A stretch of 32,000 nt of DNA from assembly GCF_000011325.1 (NCBI RefSeq), contig NC_003450.3, positions 1,260,001 through 1,292,000 of the forward strand, written 5' to 3'. Shown here one piece after another: positions 21,259-27,277 of the stretch. Source of the DNA: Corynebacterium glutamicum ATCC 13032. Its GTDB lineage: Bacteria; Actinomycetota; Actinomycetes; Mycobacteriales; Mycobacteriaceae. The notes below the pieces were generated by a model that saw nothing but the letters and a program-made list of their open reading frames with translations, did no database searches and was not told where the DNA came from. Every line of letters starts with the position of its first letter. The first letter of the stretch is position 1. A program made the position numbers and the translations under genes.

Positions 21259-21714
21259 TTAGCTTTGAGGCTGCGTGATCTCGAGCAGCACGCCGCCCGC
21301 GTCTTTGGGGTGCAGGAAGTTGATGCGGGCACCGCCGGTGCCGTTTTTGGGTTCGGGGTAGAGCAGGCGCACGCCTTGGCGGCGCAGGTGCTCGGAGAGC
21401 GCATCGATGTTGTTGGTGCGCAGGCACATTTGCTGGATGCCGGGACCTTTCTTTTCGAGGAATTTGGCGATTGTGGAGTCCTCGTTGAGCGGCGCGATGA
21501 GCTGAATCATGCCTTCTGTGCTTTTAATGTCTTTGGGGCCGATCATGGCCTCTGAAATGCCTTGTTCCTCATTGATTTCTTGGTGGTGGTTTACCCAGCC
21601 GAATGCGGAACGGTAAAATTCGATGGCTTCCTCGAGGTCAGGGACGGCGATGCCAACATGATCGAGGCAGATGACGTATTCGTGGGGGATATTCAAAGAC
21701 TGTTCGGTAGACAT
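21259..21714 (-). CDS. VOC (glyoxalase/dioxygenase fold) protein, methylmalonyl-CoA epimerase-like
   Basis: 151 aa. Contains LDHVGIAVPDLEEAIEFYRSAFG...GMIQLIAPLNEDSTIAKFLEKKGPGIQQMCLRTNNID...INFLHPKDAGGVLLEI, typical of the epimerase subgroup of VOC proteins. Confidence 0.8.
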   Translation of the reverse strand: MSTEQSLNIPHEYVICLDHVGIAVPDLEEAIEFYRSAFGWVNHHQEINEEQGISEAMIGPKDIKSTEGMIQLIAPLNEDSTIAKFLEKKGPGIQQMCLRTNNIDALSEHLRRQGVRLLYPEPKNGTGGARINFLHPKDAGGVLLEITQPQS

Positions 21715-21720
21715 GGCTTA

Positions 21721-21726
21721 ATTTTA
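21721..21726 (-). promoter_or_regulatory. Candidate -10 box TAAAAT for a leaderless transcript of the VOC/epimerase gene
   Basis: The minus strand reads cctaaaattaagccATG. TAAAAT (revcomp of 21721..21726) lies 6 nt before the A of the start codon at 21714. No SD is present. Confidence 0.35.
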
Positions 21727-21802
21727 GGCATAGCAGGTGGGGGAATATTGAGGATTGGGCAAGCTAGTCATCACATGCCAACCCCAAGGTAGGGTGGCAG
21801 AT

Positions 21803-22108
21803 ATGATTGTTGCTTTTTCTGTAGCCCCGACTGTTACTGATAATCCAGATGCTGAGATGGCCGATGCGGTCACGGAGGCGATTCGAATCGTCCGCGCATC
21901 GGGTCTGCCTAATGAAACTAACGCGATGTTCACGCTCATTGAGGGGGAGTGGGATGAGGTGATGGCGGTGATTAAGGAGGCCACTGAGGCGATCTCTAGG
22001 GTATCTCCGCGTACATCGTTGGTAATTAAGGCTGATATTCGTCCGGGACACACTGGCCAATTGACGAGGAAGGTGGAGGCGGTGGAGGAACGCCTAGCTA
22101 GGGATTAG
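21803..22108 (+). CDS. MTH1187/YkoF-family small protein (UPF0045, thiamine-binding-like fold)
   Basis: Tracked ORF 21755..22108. ATG 21803 (MIVAFSVAPTVTD...) gives ~101 aa, the usual size for this family. The pattern is IVAFSVAP...EAIRIVRASGLPNETNAMFTLIEGEWDEVMAVIKEA. Confidence 0.7.
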   Translation: MIVAFSVAPTVTDNPDAEMADAVTEAIRIVRASGLPNETNAMFTLIEGEWDEVMAVIKEATEAISRVSPRTSLVIKADIRPGHTGQLTRKVEAVEERLARD

Positions 22109-22193
22109 CTTTGTACTTAAACTTGTTGTTTTTAAGTGGATTTCCACAAAGTGTTAGAAAAAGTCATTCGAGAAGAAGGCGTGAGTTTTAATC

Positions 22194-23117
22194 GTGACGT
22201 CCCCGCATAATTTTGTCAGTGGTGCTATTGATCTGGGTGAGGTGAAAGCGCGTGCGGATGCGCGCCAGAAGGCCCATGAGCAGGGGCCGGTAACTCAGGG
22301 CATTGCTAGTTCCCTTGATGTGACCATGGAGAACCTGGAGAATGAGGTGCTGCGTCGTTCCACGCAGGTTCCGGTGATTGTTCTCGTGGGTACCCCGCGC
22401 AGCCCTGATTCGGAGCAGTTGAAGTCGGATCTGACCACGCTTGCTGCTGAAAGTGGCAGGAAGTTCATTTTCGGTTATGTCAATGCTGATACCGATGCTG
22501 ATGTGGCCCAGGTGTTTGGGGTGCAGGGCTTGCCGTCGGTGATTGCTGTGGCAGCGGGACGCCCTCTGGCTGATTTCCAGGGCGGACAGCCAGCGGATGC
22601 ACTAAAGCAGTGGACTGATCAGGTGGTTCAGGCTGTGGGTGGACAGCTGGAAGGACTGCCAGAGGAGGCCACAGACGGCGAACAAGAAGACGCTCCTGTG
22701 GAAGACCCCCGCTTCGATGCTGCCACTGATGCTCTAAACCGTGGCGCTTTCGATGAGGCGATTGCGGTTTATGAGTCCATTTTGGCGCAGGAGCCAAACA
22801 ACGCTGATGCGAAGCAGGCACGCGATACCGCAAAGCTGTTGGGCCGGCTTGCCACGGTGGATCCTTCGGTGGATGTTGTCGCTGCTGCAGATGCTGATCC
22901 AACAAACGTTGATCTGGCCTACACAGCAGCTGACGCGGCTGTTGTTGCGGGTGATCCTGAGGCTGCCTTTGATCGTTTAATTGCTCTGCTGACCATCAGC
23001 GCTGGCGATCAGAAGAATCAGGTGAAGGAACGTTTGCTGGAGCTGTTTGGCATGTTTGAGACCGCCGATCCCCGTGTGCTGCAGGCGCGAGGAAAGATGG
23101 CCAGCGCGCTGTTCTAA
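22194..23117 (+). CDS. Thioredoxin-fold plus TPR-like protein without any cysteine (YbbN/CnoX-like)
   Basis: 307 aa with a GTG start. The Trx-like N-domain (PVIVLVGTPRSPDSEQL...FGVQGLPSVIAV) has SPDS where CxxC would be. The C-terminal half is helical and TPR-like (FDEAIAVYESILAQEPNNADAKQARD...). The translation contains no Cys. Confidence 0.8.
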   Translation: MTSPHNFVSGAIDLGEVKARADARQKAHEQGPVTQGIASSLDVTMENLENEVLRRSTQVPVIVLVGTPRSPDSEQLKSDLTTLAAESGRKFIFGYVNADTDADVAQVFGVQGLPSVIAVAAGRPLADFQGGQPADALKQWTDQVVQAVGGQLEGLPEEATDGEQEDAPVEDPRFDAATDALNRGAFDEAIAVYESILAQEPNNADAKQARDTAKLLGRLATVDPSVDVVAAADADPTNVDLAYTAADAAVVAGDPEAAFDRLIALLTISAGDQKNQVKERLLELFGMFETADPRVLQARGKMASALF

Positions 23118-23141
23118 AACCACTCTCTATCCAGAAAAATA

Positions 23142-23184
23142 TAGACCGCTTAGTCTTTTCCAGGACTAAGTGGTCTACATTTTT
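23142..23184 (+). terminator. Intrinsic terminator after the Trx-fold gene (arms also resemble McbR boxes)
   Basis: tagaccgcttagtc (23142..23155) pairs with ggactaagtggtcta (23163..23177): ~14 bp including one G-U. The stem is followed by ca + ttttt (23180..23184). Confidence 0.7.
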
Positions 23185-23206
23185 ACCCAAAATGCAGCTC
23201 ACGCAA

Positions 23207-23222
23207 TAGACATCTCGGTCTA
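23207..23222. promoter_or_regulatory. Perfect TAGAC-N6-GTCTA inverted repeat (McbR-type operator motif) upstream of ssuD
   Basis: tagacatctcggtcta was read directly. It extends to ATAGAC-N6-GTCTAT (23206..23223). From memory, the motif equals the published C. glutamicum McbR consensus. Confidence 0.55.
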
Positions 23223-23293
23223 TATACTTGCCACCTTCGCGCCCTGCAAATCCCCACACTACTTATATCCAGCCCGAAAATAATACTTCTCTC

Positions 23294-23309
23294 TAGACGA
23301 AGCGGTCTG
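23294..23309. promoter_or_regulatory. Second McbR-like box TAGAC-N6-GTCTG, 14 nt upstream of the ssuD ATG
   Basis: tagacgaagcggtctg has one mismatch to TAGAC-N6-GTCTA. Confidence 0.45.
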
Positions 23310-23323
23310 TTTAAGTATGTGCC

Positions 23324-24469
23324 ATGACATTAACTTTCCATTGGTTCCTATCCACTTCAGGCGATTCCCGCGGCATCATCGGCGGCGGTCACGGTGCAGA
23401 AAAATCCGGCACCTCCCGCGAATTGAGCCACAGCTACCTCAAGCAGTTGGCGCTAGCTGCCGAGACCAACGGTTTTGAATCTGTCCTGACACCAACGGGC
23501 ACGTGGTGCGAAGATGCGTGGATTACTGACGCTTCTTTGATTGAGGCGACAAAACGCTTGAAGTTCCTCGTTGCGCTTCGCCCTGGGCAGATTGGACCTA
23601 CGCTGTCTGCTCAAATGGCTTCTACTTTCCAGCGTCTGTCTGGCAACCGTTTGCTGATCAATGTGGTCACCGGTGGGGAAGATGCGGAGCAGCGTGCGTT
23701 TGGTGATTTCTTGAACAAGGAGGAGCGCTACGCCCGTACCGGAGAATTCTTGGATATCGTGAGCCGCTTGTGGCGAGGCGAAACCGTCACGCACCACGGT
23801 GAACACCTGCAGGTGGAGCAAGCTAGCCTTGCGCATCCGCCAGAGATTATTCCGGAGATTCTTTTTGGTGGATCGTCGCCAGCTGCAGGTGAGGTGGCTG
23901 CACGTTATGCGGACACCTATCTCACGTGGGGTGAAACTCCCGATCAGGTGGCGCAGAAAATCAACTGGATCAACGAGCTAGCAGCACAGCGCGGCCGGGA
24001 ACTGCGCCATGGAATCCGCTTCCATGTGATCACCCGCGATACGTCTGAAGAAGCATGGGTGGTGGCAGAGAAGTTGATTAGCGGGGTCACTCCAGAACAG
24101 GTCGCTAAGGCTCAAGCCGGGTTTGCAACGTCTAAGTCGGAGGGGCAGCGCCGGATGGCTGAGCTGCACAGCAAGGGTCGTGCCTTTACTAGTGGCTCAA
24201 CTGCTCGTGATCTGGAGGTGTATCCCAATGTGTGGGCAGGCGTCGGTTTGCTTCGCGGAGGTGCAGGAACAGCCCTTGTGGGCTCGCATGAAGAGGTCGC
24301 CGATCGCATCGAAGAATACGCAGCACTCGGCTTGGATCAGTTTGTACTGTCGGGTTATCCAAACTTGGAGGAGGCCTTCCACTTCGGTGAGGGTGTGATT
24401 CCGGAGCTGCTGCGCCGCGGTGTGGATATCAAAAATCAAGAATCACGAGTTTTGGAACCTGTTGGGTAA
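23324..24469 (+). CDS. ssuD: FMNH2-dependent alkanesulfonate monooxygenase
   Basis: 381 aa of the luciferase-like family. The N-terminus MTLTFHWFLSTSGDSR matches the SsuD pattern (FWFLPTHGD). It is followed by ssuC, ssuB and ssuA. Confidence 0.9.
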   Translation: MTLTFHWFLSTSGDSRGIIGGGHGAEKSGTSRELSHSYLKQLALAAETNGFESVLTPTGTWCEDAWITDASLIEATKRLKFLVALRPGQIGPTLSAQMASTFQRLSGNRLLINVVTGGEDAEQRAFGDFLNKEERYARTGEFLDIVSRLWRGETVTHHGEHLQVEQASLAHPPEIIPEILFGGSSPAAGEVAARYADTYLTWGETPDQVAQKINWINELAAQRGRELRHGIRFHVITRDTSEEAWVVAEKLISGVTPEQVAKAQAGFATSKSEGQRRMAELHSKGRAFTSGSTARDLEVYPNVWAGVGLLRGGAGTALVGSHEEVADRIEEYAALGLDQFVLSGYPNLEEAFHFGEGVIPELLRRGVDIKNQESRVLEPVG

Positions 24470-24516
24470 ACGGGAAGAACGAGACGTCGATAAGCAAATT
24501 TCTTAAGGAACCTGAC

Positions 24517-25287
24517 ATGACTACAACCTTGACTCGCCCCAAAATCGCGCTGCCCGCGCGCATCTATTCACCGCTTGCGGTGCTTGTTTTCTGGCAGCTC
24601 GGCTCGAGCCTGGGCGCCATCCCGGAGCGGATTCTGCCGGCACCAACCACGATCTTGGCCGCCAGCTGGGAGGTCGCCACAAATGGCACGCTTCTCGACG
24701 CCCTCCTCGTCTCAAGCCAACGCGTCCTTCTAGGCTTCGCCCTCGGTGCTGTCCTAGGCATTTCCCTAGGTGTATTGACAGGCATGTCCAGATTTGCAGA
24801 CACCGCCGTTGATCCGCTCATTCAAGCTGCCCGCGCGCTGCCTCACCTGGGTCTTGTGCCGCTGTTTATCATCTGGTTCGGTATCGGTGAGCTGCCGAAA
24901 GTACTGATTATTAGCCTCGGCGTGCTGTATCCGCTGTACCTCAACACCGCCAGCGGGTTCAGGCAAATTGATCCAAAGCTTCTGGAAGCCGGCCACGTGA
25001 TGGGCTTCGGATTTTTCCAGAGGTTGCGGACCATCATCATTCCTTCTGCCGCGCCGCAACTTTTTGTCGGCCTGCGCCAAGCAAGTGCGGCCGCCTGGCT
25101 CTCACTGATCGTGGCGGAACAGGTCAACGCCCGCGAAGGACTCGGCTTCCTCATCAACAATGCGCGCGATTTTTACCGCACCGACCTCGTTATTTTCGGC
25201 CTCATTGTCTACGCCAGCCTCGGTCTGCTGTCTGAAGCGCTGATCAGAGCTTGGGAACGTCACACCTTCCGCTACCGAAACGCATAA
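24517..25287 (+). CDS. ssuC: Aliphatic sulfonate ABC transporter permease
   Basis: 256 aa with ~6 TM helices and an EAA-type loop (LLEAGHVMGFGFFQRLRTIIIPSAAPQ). Confidence 0.9.
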   Translation: MTTTLTRPKIALPARIYSPLAVLVFWQLGSSLGAIPERILPAPTTILAASWEVATNGTLLDALLVSSQRVLLGFALGAVLGISLGVLTGMSRFADTAVDPLIQAARALPHLGLVPLFIIWFGIGELPKVLIISLGVLYPLYLNTASGFRQIDPKLLEAGHVMGFGFFQRLRTIIIPSAAPQLFVGLRQASAAAWLSLIVAEQVNAREGLGFLINNARDFYRTDLVIFGLIVYASLGLLSEALIRAWERHTFRYRNA

Positions 25288-25301
25288 GAAAGTTGCTCGC
25301 C

Positions 25302-26033
25302 ATGACTGCCACATTGTCACTCAAACCCGCAGCCACTGTCCGTGGATTGCGCAAATCATACGGAACTAAAGAAGTCCTCCAAGGAATCGACCTCACCATC
25401 AACTGCGGCGAAGTAACCGCGCTGATCGGACGCTCAGGTTCAGGAAAATCCACCATCCTGCGCGTGTTGGCGGGCCTATCTAAAGAGCATTCCGGCTCTG
25501 TAGAAATTTCCGGAAACCCGGCCGTTGCCTTCCAAGAGCCTCGCCTGTTGCCGTGGAAAACGGTGCTCGATAATGTGACCTTTGGCCTCAACCGCACTGA
25601 TATTTCCTGGTCAGAAGCACAAGAACGCGCCTCGGCACTGCTTGCAGAAGTCAAACTTCCCGACTCCGACGCCGCCTGGCCCCTCACGCTCTCCGGCGGC
25701 CAAGCCCAGCGCGTCTCCCTTGCGCGAGCGCTCATCTCCGAGCCAGAGCTTTTGCTTCTCGACGAACCCTTCGGCGCCCTCGATGCTCTGACAAGACTGA
25801 CAGCCCAAGACCTGCTGCTCAAAACCGTGAACACCCGAAACTTGGGAGTTCTGCTGGTCACCCATGATGTTTCCGAGGCCATCGCCCTGGCCGACCACGT
25901 CCTTCTTCTTGACGACGGCGCCATCACACACAGTTTGACTGTAGATATCCCCGGCGATCGCCGCACCCACCCCTCCTTTGCCTCCTACACCGCTCAACTC
26001 CTTGAGTGGCTCGAAATCACCACACCTGCCTAG
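25302..26033 (+). CDS. ssuB: Aliphatic sulfonate ABC transporter ATP-binding protein
   Basis: The tracked ORF 25251..26033 overlaps the ssuC end. ATG 25302 (MTATLSLKPAATVRGL...) gives 243 aa. Contains Walker A GRSGSGKST, the signature LSGGQAQRVSLARAL and Walker B LLLLDEPFGALD. Confidence 0.9.
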   Translation: MTATLSLKPAATVRGLRKSYGTKEVLQGIDLTINCGEVTALIGRSGSGKSTILRVLAGLSKEHSGSVEISGNPAVAFQEPRLLPWKTVLDNVTFGLNRTDISWSEAQERASALLAEVKLPDSDAAWPLTLSGGQAQRVSLARALISEPELLLLDEPFGALDALTRLTAQDLLLKTVNTRNLGVLLVTHDVSEAIALADHVLLLDDGAITHSLTVDIPGDRRTHPSFASYTAQLLEWLEITTPA

Positions 26034-26042
26034 AAAGAAATC

Positions 26043-27002
26043 ATGAAATTTAAGAAAATCGCCCTCGTTCTCGCCTTCGGTCTAGGCCTTGCATCCTGCT
26101 CATCAGCTTCTGGCGATCCCGCCACCAACGCCGATGGATCCATCGATCTGAGCAAAGTAACCCTTAACATCGGTGATCAAATCGCCGGAACAGAACAAGT
26201 GCTCCAAGCTTCAGGGGAGCTAGATGATGTCCCTTATAAAATCGAATGGTCATCATTTACCTCTGGACCACCCCAAATCGAAGCATTAAACGCAGGTCAA
26301 ATTGATTTCGCGATCACCGGAAACACCCCACCGATCATCGGCGGCCCCACCAACACCAAAGTGGTCTCCGCCTACAACAACGATGCTTTAGGTGATGTCA
26401 TCTTGGTCGCCCCGGATTCTTCAATAACCTCGGTGGCTGACCTTGCTGGAAAGAAAGTGGCTGTCGCCCGCGGATCCAGCGCCCACGGACACCTCATCCA
26501 ACAACTAGAAAAAGCAGGCGTGAGCGTTGACGACGTAGAAATCAACCTCCTCCAACCCTCCGACGCCAAAGCCGCTTTCCAAAACGGCCAGGTAGATGCG
26601 TGGGCAGTGTGGGATCCCTACAGCTCACAGGCGGAACTGGAAGGAGCTCAAGTTTTGGTCAGGGGAGCGGGACTGGTCAGTGGGCATGGATTTGGTGTCG
26701 CAAGTGATGAAGCGCTCGATGACCCCGCAAAGGAAGCCGCCTTGGCAGATTTCCTCGATCGCGTGGCCGACTCTTATGAATGGGCTGAAGACAACACCGA
26801 TGAATGGGCGACGATTTTCAGCCAAGAATCCGGCTTTGATCCGGAGGCCTCTCAACTGAACACCCGCAGCCTGCGCCATCAGGTGCCGCTCGACGAGTCC
26901 GTCAACACCTATCAGAACGCGCTTATCGACGCTTTCGTCTCCGCGGGTCTCGTTGAGGACTTTAATTTCGAGGACACCGTAGACACCCGATTTGAGGGCT
27001 AA
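26043..27002 (+). CDS. ssuA: Aliphatic sulfonate ABC transporter substrate-binding lipoprotein
   Basis: 319 aa. The signal peptide carries a lipobox (MKFKKIALVLAFGLGLASCSS). Periplasmic-binding-protein fold in the NMT1/SsuA family context. Confidence 0.88.
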   Translation: MKFKKIALVLAFGLGLASCSSASGDPATNADGSIDLSKVTLNIGDQIAGTEQVLQASGELDDVPYKIEWSSFTSGPPQIEALNAGQIDFAITGNTPPIIGGPTNTKVVSAYNNDALGDVILVAPDSSITSVADLAGKKVAVARGSSAHGHLIQQLEKAGVSVDDVEINLLQPSDAKAAFQNGQVDAWAVWDPYSSQAELEGAQVLVRGAGLVSGHGFGVASDEALDDPAKEAALADFLDRVADSYEWAEDNTDEWATIFSQESGFDPEASQLNTRSLRHQVPLDESVNTYQNALIDAFVSAGLVEDFNFEDTVDTRFEG

Positions 27003-27150
27003 GTATGTCTGAGTATGGCAAAGGGGCGTTGAGGTGCTCAGACGGCCATACAAAGCATCGTAGTTTGTGCATATGAGGGCTGCTTTTTGCCGCTGTGAGT
27101 TGGCTGTTCAGGAATCCGTCCTCGGGTTGGGGAGAGGGGCTGAAACCGAA

Positions 27151-27191
27151 CGAATATTCGCATAAATCTTTCGAATTGGCGCGAATATTCG
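27151..27191. repeat. Two copies of the perfect 10-bp palindrome CGAATATTCG, 31 bp centre to centre
   Basis: Read directly at 27151..27160 and 27182..27191. A TTCGAA palindrome (27170..27175) lies between them. Confidence 0.9.
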
Positions 27192-27225
27192 ATCCCGCTG
27201 GCCTCCGAACTAGCCATTTTGGTAG

Positions 27226-27269
27226 AAAATTTGCATCCTTGAGCCGGTATTGGCCCAAGGATGCATTTT
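27226..27269. terminator. Bidirectional intrinsic terminator between convergent ssuA and glgB
   Basis: tgcatccttgagcc (27232..27245) pairs with ggcccaaggatgca (27252..27265) at 13/14 positions, with loop ggtatt. It is flanked by aaaattt on the left and tttt on the right. Confidence 0.7.
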
Positions 27270-27277
27270 CCTGTGTC

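Noticed and set aside
21715-21802. TPP riboswitch upstream of the YkoF/MTH1187-like gene (ykoF genes are often TPP-regulated).
   Set aside because: The spacer is only 88 nt and is shared with a divergent promoter. I do not see the CUGAGA / ACCUGAUCUGGAUAAUGCCAGCG-type conserved elements.
22109-22151. Nested AT-rich inverted repeat (ctttgt/acaaag and acttaaa/tttaagt) after the YkoF-like gene, as a possible terminator.
   Set aside because: The stems are short and almost entirely A/T, with no clean T-run after the outer stem. This is too weak to annotate.
27146-27192. Calling the CGAATATTCG sites bona fide LexA SOS boxes.
   Set aside because: Only the first copy approaches CGAAC-N4-GTTCG (1 mismatch), and the fit to the corynebacterial consensus I recall is weak. 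The location between two gene ends is not a typical SOS promoter. Kept as an open observation, not an annotation.
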